Shown here piece by piece: positions 16,936-25,614 of a stretch of DNA of 64,000 nt. Position numbers and translations under genes: made by a program. The number at the start of each line of letters is the position of its first letter. Position 1 is the first letter of the stretch. The notes beneath the pieces are model-generated. The model did no database searches. It had not been told where the DNA came from and worked only from the letters and a program-made list of their open reading frames with translations. The stretch covers positions 232,760-296,759 of the forward strand of contig CALCZR010000059.1 in the NCBI GenBank assembly GCA_937903325.1. The letters run 5' to 3'. The DNA is from an uncultured Candidatus Saccharibacteria bacterium. GTDB taxonomy: Bacteria > Patescibacteriota > Saccharimonadia > Saccharimonadales > AWTP1-31.

Positions 16936-18191
16936 AAGATACGGCGCATACAGCGTTTTCGGTAAGGCTATGGCACAGGATTCGTTTGGATCCTGTCGCT
17001 AGTCTTTTCTATCTATTTTTTGCACTACCTCTTTTATATATACCAGGGCACCACACTACCTCGCGCAGCATCCGGGTATTTTATATGATGGCCGTGACTG
17101 TTTTAGTATTTGTAGTACCGAAACTTAGAGCAGTCCTAGTAACTAATATACGGGCACTAGGCAAGTGGGGCGGAGAGCTGCTCGCGGTAGTTATACTTTT
17201 CATGGTCGTAAGCTCTGTTATGGCTAATCAGGTTCCACTGCTAATGTTGTTCGGAAGATCACCGGAATATATGGGGATTTTAGCGTGGCTGAGTGTCATA
17301 TTTTTTAGTTTGTTTTTTGCAGGTCGAGTTAGAGAATTACTGTTTAGCAAAACAACTCTGCTACTGATGACCTTGGTGTTGGCGGGTTCACTTAGTATCG
17401 GAATGGATGCCATTTGGGAAGGCTATAGGATACCTGGCCTCATGATGCAGGCGACAACTATGGCCATGTACGCAGTACTGGCTGTGGTAATTGCGCTGGG
17501 TGTTGGTTTGCAGAAGGGTGTGACGTCGTGGGTTCGCAAGGTAAGTGTTGGTTGTTTCTGTTTAGCTATCGCAATCATTATTTTTACGCAGTCTCGAGTC
17601 GGATATGTGGGTCTTGTTATTGTGTTGACCTATTTTGCTACGCAGGTTGTCCATGCCCGCAAGGTGCTGGCTGGTTTGTTGGCAGCTGCTGTATTGGCGG
17701 TAACTCTTTTTGTCACCATGGGTAGTGGGCAATATGTGCAACGCATGCACGCAGCAAGTGTCGACCGTGGTATTACCTACCGGCTGGACATGTACAAGGT
17801 TACTGGACGAGATATTATTAGGCACAACCTATTTATTGGGAATGGGCCTGGTGCACTGCCAATTAGTCTAAACAATATCGACGTCGTACCAGAAGATATT
17901 GCGGTCACACTGAGCGAACGCTACTTGTTTGTATCCAGTCATGACCTATTCCTGGATATATCTCAGTACTTCGGATTGTTTGTTGGTGTCACGACGTTAC
18001 TTGCGTGTGTTTTGGCTTTTACTAAAAGGAGCAAAAACCATGTGCGAGATGGACAACTACAGATCGCCTTTGTAGTGTTACTACTGAATGCAGTGTGCAA
18101 TACCATTAGTCCCGAGATAACAGCCGTGTTTGGCATGGTCTTGTTCGGGCTGCTTATGGCGCCACGTCGGACGGCCTCGAAGCATGCGTAA
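16932..18191 (+). CDS. O-antigen ligase / Wzy-like polytopic membrane protein, translationally coupled to the downstream transpeptidase
   Basis: ATGA overlap with lnt. IIIFTQSRVGYVGLVIVL motif. Homologous to the N-terminal half of the 11254-13569 fusion. Confidence 0.7.
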   Translation: MKDTAHTAFSVRLWHRIRLDPVASLFYLFFALPLLYIPGHHTTSRSIRVFYMMAVTVLVFVVPKLRAVLVTNIRALGKWGGELLAVVILFMVVSSVMANQVPLLMLFGRSPEYMGILAWLSVIFFSLFFAGRVRELLFSKTTLLLMTLVLAGSLSIGMDAIWEGYRIPGLMMQATTMAMYAVLAVVIALGVGLQKGVTSWVRKVSVGCFCLAIAIIIFTQSRVGYVGLVIVLTYFATQVVHARKVLAGLLAAAVLAVTLFVTMGSGQYVQRMHAASVDRGITYRLDMYKVTGRDIIRHNLFIGNGPGALPISLNNIDVVPEDIAVTLSERYLFVSSHDLFLDISQYFGLFVGVTTLLACVLAFTKRSKNHVRDGQLQIAFVVLLLNAVCNTISPEITAVFGMVLFGLLMAPRRTASKHA

Positions 18192-19353
18192 ACCGTACGA
18201 ACGAGTTGCTCAACTAGCACTGGTCTTATTGGGCATAGGTTCTGTGCTGGCCATATTGGTCGTGGACAGTTCAGCTGCGCCTGGCTGCAGTGCGCACGAT
18301 AGTAATACGCGTTTCTCTGTGCAACATAGTAGCGTGGCTCCACGTATTCAGAAGATTACTGACGACGTTCTTGCAGGTGGCATGCAAACCAGCCAGAGCG
18401 TCAAAGGTCTTATTGTGGTACAGCGGATATCCACTGGTGAGTTAGTTGCCGTAGCCTCCCAGGAGGGGCCAAACAACGGAAAATGTTTTTATGGCCAAGC
18501 GGAGGCCTTTCGGGCATGGGAGCCTGGTTCGGTCATGAAGCCGTTGATTACGGCAGCCGCTTTGGACGAAGGGAAGCTTACGCTCGAGGATAGTTTTTAT
18601 AACGTTGGTCGGTTACGTATTGGGGATGACGAGATTGTGAATGCGGTCAATATACCGAAAGGCTACTACACGTACAAAGACATGGTGGAAAAATCCATTA
18701 ATCTTGGTGCAGTCGCAGCCTTACAGCGTCTCAGTGATGAGGACAAAATAGACACACAGTCTCGGAACACGTGGTACGACTACCTTACTAATATATATGG
18801 ACTGGGCCGGCCAACAGGGGCGTACGACCACGAGCAACCTGGCTATATACCTGCGCCGAACAACCGGCAAAGCACGAATACCCGATACGCCTACACGAGT
18901 TTTGGAATTGGGCTGACGGTTACTCCGGTTCAGCTAACTTCTGCGTATGCAGCGCTGGTAAACAATGGCATATACAATACTCCAACGCTGCAGCAAGCAG
19001 ACACTGCGAATAGCTCAACGGCTAAAGTCTCTCGAATTAGTCCTGGTGTCAGTGAAGCGATACGCAGCGTATTGGTGTCGACAGCTAAAAGTAGTAACAG
19101 TGCTGCACTTCGTGAGGGATATGTTATTGGCGGTAAGTCCGGCACTGGCCCGTCAGCTGACGACACTGGGACCTACCAGTTTTACCGCAGTGTTGGAACG
19201 TACATTGGGTTTGTGGGTAAAAGTGACCCTGAATATATTGTGCTCATTAAGCTCGATGAGCCCAAGACAGCAGATACGTTTGCCAGTGGCACCGCAGCAA
19301 AAATATGGGCAAGCTACGTAGGTAAGCTCATAGATGCAGGCCAGGTCCAGTAG
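18184..19353 (+). CDS. Penicillin-binding protein transpeptidase domain (short, no recognisable pedestal)
   Basis: Start at MRKPYERV (ATGCGTAA 8-nt overlap with the upstream stop). TM helix, then SxxK (GSVMKP), SxN (SINLG), K[ST]G (GGKSGTG). Only about 80 aa lie between the TM helix and the transpeptidase core. Confidence 0.8.
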   Translation: MRKPYERVAQLALVLLGIGSVLAILVVDSSAAPGCSAHDSNTRFSVQHSSVAPRIQKITDDVLAGGMQTSQSVKGLIVVQRISTGELVAVASQEGPNNGKCFYGQAEAFRAWEPGSVMKPLITAAALDEGKLTLEDSFYNVGRLRIGDDEIVNAVNIPKGYYTYKDMVEKSINLGAVAALQRLSDEDKIDTQSRNTWYDYLTNIYGLGRPTGAYDHEQPGYIPAPNNRQSTNTRYAYTSFGIGLTVTPVQLTSAYAALVNNGIYNTPTLQQADTANSSTAKVSRISPGVSEAIRSVLVSTAKSSNSAALREGYVIGGKSGTGPSADDTGTYQFYRSVGTYIGFVGKSDPEYIVLIKLDEPKTADTFASGTAAKIWASYVGKLIDAGQVQ

Positions 19354-20218
19354 CTATATTTGCTACTATGGTGCAGTGAATACCGACAATAAAGTCATCC
19401 AATCTTTTACACAAGAAGTATGGGACTACTACCATGACCATGGGCGTAGTTTGCCGTGGCGAGACGTAGAGCCGAACGATGCACTCAATCCATATAAGGT
19501 CTTAGTCAGTGAGATTATGCTCCAGCAGACGCAGGTGGGCCGCGTAATTACTAAGTACCATGAGTTTCTTGAGTTATTCCCGAGCGTCCATTCGCTGGCA
19601 GCTGCTTCACTCGGGGATGTACTTCGTGTTTGGCAGGGGTTAGGGTATAACCGCCGAGCTAAGTTTTTATGGCAAGCGGCACAAGTGATTATTAGTGAGT
19701 ATGATGGCGTATTCCCAACTGACCAGAAAGAGCTAACCAAGCTACCAGGTGTTGGGCTGAATACTGCCGGGGCAATTTGTGCATATGCCTACAACCAGCC
19801 AGTTGTGTTTGTAGAAACAAATATCCGATCTGTGTTTATTCACCATTTCTTTATTGACCGAGATGACGTGCACGATAAAGAACTCTTGCCGCTTGTAGCC
19901 GGGGCAGTACAGGAAGTAGTTGAGTCTAAAGAGTCACCACGTGAGTGGTACTGGGCCCTGATGGACTACGGTTCACACCTAAAGGCAACGGCAGGCAACG
20001 CATCACGGAGTAGTCGACACTACGCTAAGCAGTCTCGTTTTGAAGGGTCGCGCCGCCAGATCCGAGGGCAGGTACTCCGTTTGCTTACGCAGGGAGCGGT
20101 GACGCTAGTGCATCTGCAGCAGGAGGTTCACGACGAACGTTTATCTGGTGTGCTAGATGATTTAGTTGCAGAAAGCCTTGTGGCGAAACAAGGTAATACG
20201 TATCGGTTAGCTGACTAG
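19334..20218 (+). CDS. mutY: MutY-like HhH-GPD adenine glycosylase lacking the Fe-S cluster cysteines
   Basis: LPWR...NPYKVLVSEIMLQQTQV...LGYNRRAKFLW...LPGVGLNTAGAICAYAY. No Cx6Cx2Cx5C motif after the HhH domain. The start is uncertain (ATG 19334 overlaps the PBP gene by 20 nt; an in-frame GTG at 19376 is an alternative). Confidence 0.7.
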   Translation: MQARSSSYICYYGAVNTDNKVIQSFTQEVWDYYHDHGRSLPWRDVEPNDALNPYKVLVSEIMLQQTQVGRVITKYHEFLELFPSVHSLAAASLGDVLRVWQGLGYNRRAKFLWQAAQVIISEYDGVFPTDQKELTKLPGVGLNTAGAICAYAYNQPVVFVETNIRSVFIHHFFIDRDDVHDKELLPLVAGAVQEVVESKESPREWYWALMDYGSHLKATAGNASRSSRHYAKQSRFEGSRRQIRGQVLRLLTQGAVTLVHLQQEVHDERLSGVLDDLVAESLVAKQGNTYRLAD

Positions 20219-20287
20219 TAGTGTTACTAGATGCTTATGGTAAACTATAGGTAACCAATTAATACGTAATGTGGGTGTATATCTAGC

Positions 20288-21022
20288 ATGATAGCAATGA
20301 AGAAAACTCGAATTCTGCTCAGCATGGCGGCAACATTGTCAGTTTTGGCGTTTGCTCCTGTGATCAGCGCAGCTACTAATTCAGCAACGAACGGTAATAG
20401 CTCGCCAGATGCCTCAACATCTTCCACGCCTGCTAGCACACCAGCAAGCGATGGCACGAAGCAGTCTACCAAGACCCTTGCCGAACGCGTAGCAGAGTAT
20501 AAGACCAAGTTAGCTACCCAGCCAACTGCTGCACAGCAGACCACCCTAAAAGCTAAATGTAAGGCTGCACAGGTTATTGGCAAGACGTTAGCTACCAAAG
20601 TAACAGCTAGTGATACTACTCGGGCTAAAGCCTACGCAGACATTGACGCCACCCTAGGCACTATTGTCTCTCGCCTTGGAGATGCAGATGCAGACATCAA
20701 GACTCTGACCGAACAACAGACTAAGGTGAAGGAACTAATAAAGACCTATACTACTGACGCTGCTGCATATAGCGCAGTACTGGCAGACGTGAACACCGTT
20801 GACTGTGTAGCCGACCCCATAGCCTTTAAGGCAACTCTAGAGGTTGCTCGAACTGACAGGGCTGCACTAAACAAAGACGCAGCAGCTATCCGGACATACA
20901 TAACGGACACAGTAAAGCCGAGCTTGAAGACTGCGCAAGGGTCACTGGCGAAAGATACGCCAACTACTACGACTACCGACAAGTCTGACGCTGCTAATGC
21001 GACCAAGAAGGAGGACCAGTAA
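20288..21022 (+). CDS. Secreted alpha-helical hypothetical protein
   Basis: Signal peptide RILLSMAATLSVLAFAPVISA. Ala/Thr/Lys-rich helical body. Confidence 0.6.
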   Translation: MIAMKKTRILLSMAATLSVLAFAPVISAATNSATNGNSSPDASTSSTPASTPASDGTKQSTKTLAERVAEYKTKLATQPTAAQQTTLKAKCKAAQVIGKTLATKVTASDTTRAKAYADIDATLGTIVSRLGDADADIKTLTEQQTKVKELIKTYTTDAAAYSAVLADVNTVDCVADPIAFKATLEVARTDRAALNKDAAAIRTYITDTVKPSLKTAQGSLAKDTPTTTTTDKSDAANATKKEDQ

Positions 21023-21023
21023 C

Positions 21024-21857
21024 ATGGATGACGTTACACGACCAAAGCCTACCGTAACGCCACCAGCAGTAAAACCTGCTGAGCCAGCATCAGATGGGCA
21101 TTTCAGCATTCCGGTTACCAGGCGTCCTGTAGATGCATCTCCAATTAGCGTTGGTTCTGCTAGCCGACCAGTTAATGATGTTGCAGCTCCTGCTGCTTCT
21201 GTCGGCCCAGCGTCTGCACTACAGCCACCAGTAGATAACTCACCTAAGACCTTAGATGAGTTAGATACTCCGTCACCAGAAGCAGACGGCGCTCCAGAAT
21301 TACCGAATGTTCCAGCGCCTGAAGAAACTCCGGCCGTAGCTGACCCTGTTACTCCTGAGACACCTGCTGCGCCAGCTGCACCACAATCGCCTGAGCCTAT
21401 AATTCCAGCTGCCGACACGTTTGCTGCTCCAACACCAATCCTAGAAGAGAAACCCAAAGACAAAGGCCCACTCGGAGATATCCAGCTAGAAGAGAACGGT
21501 ACAACTGACTTTTCTGCTCCTGCTGACTCGAACGATGGGAAGAAAGAGGGTTCTGTCATTGCCGCCTCAACCGGTAGTGCTCCACGCAAGGGTAATATGG
21601 CAGCAATTGTCGTCGCCGTACTCATTGCTCTCGGTCTTGTTGCTGGTGCAGGGTACGCTTACTGGCAGAATAATAAGGACAAGAAGGCAGCTGAAAAACC
21701 TGCCACTCAGGCTACTCAGCAAGAACGAGTTAAGAATCCAGCCACTTCTGAAGATGTAGACAAGGCTACGGCCGATATAGACGCAGCACTCAAGAAAGTA
21801 GATGACAGTAAAGACTTCCAAGAGTCTGATCTCAGTGATGCGACACTAGGCCTGTAA
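21024..21857 (+). CDS. Proline-rich protein with a single TM helix
   Basis: Start at MDDVTRPKP, 1 nt after the upstream TAA. Long Pro/Ala/Glu-rich N-terminal region, TM helix AAIVVAVLIALGLVAGAGYAYW, short C-terminal domain. Confidence 0.6.
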   Translation: MDDVTRPKPTVTPPAVKPAEPASDGHFSIPVTRRPVDASPISVGSASRPVNDVAAPAASVGPASALQPPVDNSPKTLDELDTPSPEADGAPELPNVPAPEETPAVADPVTPETPAAPAAPQSPEPIIPAADTFAAPTPILEEKPKDKGPLGDIQLEENGTTDFSAPADSNDGKKEGSVIAASTGSAPRKGNMAAIVVAVLIALGLVAGAGYAYWQNNKDKKAAEKPATQATQQERVKNPATSEDVDKATADIDAALKKVDDSKDFQESDLSDATLGL

Positions 21858-21892
21858 GGACCAGAGTAACCATTAAATTAAGGTCAGTGTGT

Positions 21893-21898
21893 TAAAGT
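21893..21898 (+). promoter_or_regulatory. -10-like hexamer TAAAGT, 6 nt upstream of the ispH ATG
   Basis: TAAAGT followed by AAGACG and then ATG (21905). No SD. Confidence 0.35.
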
Positions 21899-21904
21899 AA
21901 GACG

Positions 21905-22402
21905 ATGTCTGAAGCGTCAAGTAATATAGTTTTTCCTGAGCACTTTGGTTTCTGTGAAGGTGTTAATGCCGCAGATCAGCTACTGACTCGAGTAGTAGAT
22001 GAGGCTCGTAGTTATGGTATTGATACGGTATATGGATTGCACGGTATTGTGCACAATGATGACGTTATTAATTTTCATGCAGAACGTGGGGTACGGTTCG
22101 TCGATGCTGTAGAGGAGGTACCACCAGACCAACTTGTTGTTACTAGTGCCCACGGTATTGGCCCTGAAGTTAATCAAGCCCTGGAAGACAATGGCGCTAC
22201 GACTTTTGACGCCGCTTGTATATTGGTCAAGGCGACACACAAGTTCGCCGAGCGGGCTCGGATGAACGGTGAGAAGGTTCTGTATATCTGTCACGGCAAG
22301 CCTGGAGAGGTTAAGAAACTCCATGACGAAGTTTTGGGCATGGTTGGCCACTTGGATTACCAGAAGACAGAACAAGGCGTTATTGAGGTGCCAGTGGAGT
22401 GA
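21905..22402 (+). CDS. ispH: IspH (HMBPP reductase) homolog, N-terminal part, ending at an in-frame TGA
   Basis: FGFCEGV (Cys1), HGIVHN, SAHGI and FDAACILVKATH (Cys2) align in order with E. coli IspH GFCAGV, HEVVHN, SAHGV and FDATCPLVTKVH. Confidence 0.7.
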   Translation: MSEASSNIVFPEHFGFCEGVNAADQLLTRVVDEARSYGIDTVYGLHGIVHNDDVINFHAERGVRFVDAVEEVPPDQLVVTSAHGIGPEVNQALEDNGATTFDAACILVKATHKFAERARMNGEKVLYICHGKPGEVKKLHDEVLGMVGHLDYQKTEQGVIEVPVE

Positions 22403-22438
22403 CACTATCTTGAACTTGGAGAAGAGCCGGACGAGGCC

Positions 22439-22975
22439 TTGTTGTCTGTGGGTGGTATATACGGAATTGTTACCCAGACTACTTTGCGAGCAGATAAAGC
22501 GTTGGGGTACAGGGAGCAGATTGCAGAATATATTAGGGCTGCCCAGCCAGAAGCACATGTACGAGTTACGCCTCGTGGCAATGTCTGCTTTGCTGTAGAA
22601 GATCGCCAAGCGGGCGTTGGCCAGTTGGTAGAGCTACGGCCACGAAGATTGGTTGTTGTTACTGACCCCGGATCTGCTAATGGTAGAGGGTATGTTGATC
22701 TAGCACGACAGTTGACCGACGGTGACGAGTCGGTGTCTGTGCACGCAGTAGCTAATGCTCGCGAGGCTTCAGAGCTTGGTCGTATCGATGGCGTGACGGC
22801 CATAACGGCAAGTGCTTCTACGCCAGATGAGACAACTATGCAGGTTGCAGAAGCTCTCGGCCTCCAGGAGCGCCCAGAAATTACACGCGGTACGTTTAGT
22901 CTTGAAGATTTGCGGCCAGGAGTGATAGCCACAAAAATTCAGAAACACATCGCTCGACTCGGGTTAGCTAGCTAG
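22439..22975 (+). CDS. ispH: IspH homolog, C-terminal part (same frame as 21905-22402; no ATG, the listed start is TTG)
   Basis: VTQTTL, NVCFAVEDRQ (Cys3), VVTDPGSANG and AITASASTP align with E. coli MTQTTLS, DICYATTNRQ, VVGSKNSSNS and GVTAGASAP. The 12 codons between the TGA and this ORF are open in the same frame. Confidence 0.7.
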   Translation: MLSVGGIYGIVTQTTLRADKALGYREQIAEYIRAAQPEAHVRVTPRGNVCFAVEDRQAGVGQLVELRPRRLVVVTDPGSANGRGYVDLARQLTDGDESVSVHAVANAREASELGRIDGVTAITASASTPDETTMQVAEALGLQERPEITRGTFSLEDLRPGVIATKIQKHIARLGLAS

Positions 22976-23999
22976 CATCTAAGGTCAGTGTAAGTTGCCG
23001 TCTTTTTGACCAACTATCAATACCACATGAGAACATGGCGACCTGGAGACCACGCTGCCAATCGTTAAGTTGTTTGAGTAATGCTTCAGGATCCTTTTGT
23101 AAGGCTGCTTCCAAAAATGGGGTAGCGGCAGCATAGAGATCTGCACCAAGTACACCAGCTTTGAGTCCGTCTAGGGGGCTGCGCACGCCACCACTGGCTA
23201 CAATGGTGGACTTTTTGTTCAGGTGATAAATTTGCGATATTGCTTGGTCACTCGGAATACCAAAGTCTTTAAACCAATCAGCAAAGTTAGCATTCTTTGC
23301 ACGCTTTGCTTCTATCCAGGCATAGGACGTTCCACCAACACCGGCAACATCTATGCCGGCCACGCCTAATGCTAGTAGTTCCTTGGCGGTTTGCGCGTCT
23401 ATTCCGTGACCTACTTCTTTTACAAATACCGGTACACCTATGTTTCGTACCAATTTCTTAATCTTTGGTAGTAGGGCTGCGTAGTTAGTGTCACCTTCCG
23501 GCTGGAGCGCTTCTTGCAACGGGTTAAGGTGTAGATACAACGCGTTTGCTTGAATCATATCGACTACTTCGCGGAAGTCATCTATTCCACGACCGTTGTT
23601 GAGTTGTATAGCTCCCATATTGGCGATAATCACGGCGTTGGGAGCATACTCACGGACTACCATAAATGAGGCTTTTGCCTCTTCTTTTTCAAGAGCGATA
23701 CGTTGTGACCCAACCCCAATAGCCACGCCACATTTTTCGGCTGCGATTGCGAGATTACGGTTTATATCCAGGGCGTGGGCTGTGCCGCCAGTCATGGATG
23801 AAATAATAAGTGGCTGAGATAGCGTGTGGCCCAAGAATTCGGTAGAAGTATCTACGTCGTCTAGATTCAGTTCAGGGAGGGCGCGGTAAGGCAAGCGGTA
23901 CTTAGCGAATACATTGCTCGTGTGCTGTGATCCTGTGTCCAAGCTCAGGCTAATATGTTCGGCCTTGCGTTGTTCTATTAAGTCATCTTGGTCGGGCAT
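22968..23999 (-). CDS. fni: Type 2 isopentenyl-diphosphate delta-isomerase (FMN-dependent)
   Basis: 343 aa. PLIISSMTGGT, GVGSQR, VKEVGHG, GIDVAGVGGTS and ASGGVRSPLD are typical IDI-2 motifs. 8-nt convergent overlap with ispH inside GCTAGCTAGC. Confidence 0.85.
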   Translation of the reverse strand: MPDQDDLIEQRKAEHISLSLDTGSQHTSNVFAKYRLPYRALPELNLDDVDTSTEFLGHTLSQPLIISSMTGGTAHALDINRNLAIAAEKCGVAIGVGSQRIALEKEEAKASFMVVREYAPNAVIIANMGAIQLNNGRGIDDFREVVDMIQANALYLHLNPLQEALQPEGDTNYAALLPKIKKLVRNIGVPVFVKEVGHGIDAQTAKELLALGVAGIDVAGVGGTSYAWIEAKRAKNANFADWFKDFGIPSDQAISQIYHLNKKSTIVASGGVRSPLDGLKAGVLGADLYAAATPFLEAALQKDPEALLKQLNDWQRGLQVAMFSCGIDSWSKRRQLTLTLDAS

Positions 24000-24058
24000 G
24001 ATCTATACACCCTACCATATTGGGACGCATCATTTAAAAGCTAATGGTTTCTATTAAG

Positions 24059-24952
24059 CTATTTCTTGGTCTTCCTGCTCGCCGGTAGCTTGTTAGCACG
24101 TGGTGACATAGGCAGGTCAATGTTATTATCCACGAATGCCTGACGCAGTCGCTTGATGAGGTCGGTCTTTACTTGCCACTGAGCGCCTGGAGTTGTTTCA
24201 CCGAGGATCTTGACCACAATGCCGCGTTCGGCAAACTGTACAACTTGAGCAAAGTAGGGAGCTCGTTTAATCTTCTTGTCAAGTTTCTCATCTGCAGCCA
24301 TGTCTTCACCGACCTTGTTGATAACTTTCTCGAGTTTCTCTAGATCCGTATCCACACTAACTGTTACATCCTGGTTAATGCCGCTGGTGCCAAAGGTCAT
24401 GTTGGTAGACACGGTAATGCTGCTATTAGGTACGTGGTGGACGTTGCCGTCAAAGTCTTTGAGGATGGTGGTACGAATAGTAATGGCTTGCACTACACCA
24501 GACACGGTATCGAACTGCACAAAGTCCCCAACACGGTACTGATTCTCGATGATAATAAACAGACCATTGGTGAAGTCCTTAATGAGGGACTGGGCACCAA
24601 TACCCAGGGCTACACCCACAACACCAGCACTAGCCAGCAGCGGGGCAGTGTTAATGCCAAGCTCGTCGACGATCATAATGACAGCAACTATCCAGACAAC
24701 AATTTTACTGACGGCACCAAGCAAACTGTCTAATGTGTCGGTACGTTTCTTGCGGTCTGTCTCGCTAGCAAAAGGGTGAGATTTAACCGCACGGTTGATA
24801 ATGCTGGTAAGCAAGGCTACGCCCAGACGGCGGAGTACCCACGCCCCGACGATGATAATAAGGATGTTAATGCCATGGGTTTCTAGCCAAGCTTTTGGCT
24901 GGTCAAAGAGTGTCACGTCTTTACTATCTAGTGTAAGGGCGAATATGTTCAT
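24059..24952 (-). CDS. mscS: Small-conductance mechanosensitive channel (MscS family)
   Basis: Three N-terminal TM helices, then IIIENQYRVGDFVQFDTVSGVVQAITIRTTILKDFDGNVHHVPNS. Confidence 0.85.
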   Translation of the reverse strand: MNIFALTLDSKDVTLFDQPKAWLETHGINILIIIVGAWVLRRLGVALLTSIINRAVKSHPFASETDRKKRTDTLDSLLGAVSKIVVWIVAVIMIVDELGINTAPLLASAGVVGVALGIGAQSLIKDFTNGLFIIIENQYRVGDFVQFDTVSGVVQAITIRTTILKDFDGNVHHVPNSSITVSTNMTFGTSGINQDVTVSVDTDLEKLEKVINKVGEDMAADEKLDKKIKRAPYFAQVVQFAERGIVVKILGETTPGAQWQVKTDLIKRLRQAFVDNNIDLPMSPRANKLPASRKTKK

Positions 24953-24958
24953 GCTTAT

Positions 24959-24964
24959 AGTGTA
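24959..24964 (-). promoter_or_regulatory. -10-like hexamer TACACT, 6 nt upstream of the mscS ATG
   Basis: Reverse complement is TACACT, followed by ATAAGC and then ATG (24952). Confidence 0.4.
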
Positions 24965-24974
24965 CCACCCCTGA

Positions 24975-24980
24975 TATACT
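24975..24980 (+). promoter_or_regulatory. -10-like hexamer TATACT, 7 nt upstream of the tsaC ATG
   Basis: TATACT followed by AATAGCC and then ATG (24988). Confidence 0.4.
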
Positions 24981-24987
24981 AATAGCC

Positions 24988-25566
24988 ATGACCATCTACA
25001 AAGACCTCAGCGATACACAACTTATTAGTGATCTACAGGCTGGCAAAGTTGGTGTCTTGCCGACTGATACCGTCTACGGCTTAGTTTGCGCAGCTAATAA
25101 CGAGCAGGCTGTTAAGCATTTATACGAACTAAAGTCACGGGACAAGAAGCCGGGTACCGTTGTTGCGACTAGTCTCGACCAATTGGTAGAGTTGGGGCTC
25201 AAGCGACGTTATCTGACTGCTGTCGAACAGTATTGGCCTGGTCCTGTAACGGTTATTGTACCGACAGATAACCCTAGCCTAAGCTATCTTGATATGGGCG
25301 TAGGTTCTTTAGCGGTTCGTGTTGTCGACGATCCTAAACTAATTCAGCTACTGGAACAAACTGGGCCCTTACTTACGAGCAGCGCAAACCAGCCTGGTGA
25401 AAAGCCAGCAGACGACATTCCTGAAGCCCAGGCTTACTTTGGTGACTCCATAGACTTCTACGTGGATGGCGGCAATCTTGCGGGTAAGTTACCGTCTACC
25501 CTTATCCGAGTTGTAGACGATGCCGTAGAAGTGCTGCGCGAGGGCGCTGTTACAATAGAGGAATGA
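24988..25566 (+). CDS. tsaC: L-threonylcarbamoyladenylate synthase (YrdC/TsaC family)
   Basis: GKVGVLPTDTVYGLVC...WPGPVTVI...LAVRV...PLLTSSANQPGE. Confidence 0.85.
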   Translation: MTIYKDLSDTQLISDLQAGKVGVLPTDTVYGLVCAANNEQAVKHLYELKSRDKKPGTVVATSLDQLVELGLKRRYLTAVEQYWPGPVTVIVPTDNPSLSYLDMGVGSLAVRVVDDPKLIQLLEQTGPLLTSSANQPGEKPADDIPEAQAYFGDSIDFYVDGGNLAGKLPSTLIRVVDDAVEVLREGAVTIEE

Positions 25567-25614
25567 GTAAAGAGCGGCAGGTAAGACGTGCCGTGAGTTG
25601 AGAGGAGACAGCAA

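Noticed and set aside
22400-22402. Alternative genetic code (UGA read as Gly, as in Gracilibacteria/SR1) as the explanation for the in-frame TGA in ispH
   Set aside because: The standard-code ORF track already yields full-length genes, including a 7.6-kb ORF with no TGA. TGA also sits at sensible gene ends inside ATGA overlaps (4058, 5724, 16932) and at the end of the conserved DUF2277 gene. A sense-UGA genome would show many in-frame TGAs.
20942-22932. Long minus-strand ORFs 20942-21625, 21980-22609 and 22405-22932
   Set aside because: They lie antisense to genes with clear identity or structure (the Pro-rich membrane protein and ispH). They have low-complexity or featureless translations and no start context. 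They are shadow ORFs.
22961-22980. Palindrome GCTAGCTAGC hosting both convergent stop codons of ispH and the IDI-2 gene
   Set aside because: This is a real 8-nt convergent overlap. It is most simply a coincidence of two TAG stops, and there is no evidence for a regulatory role.
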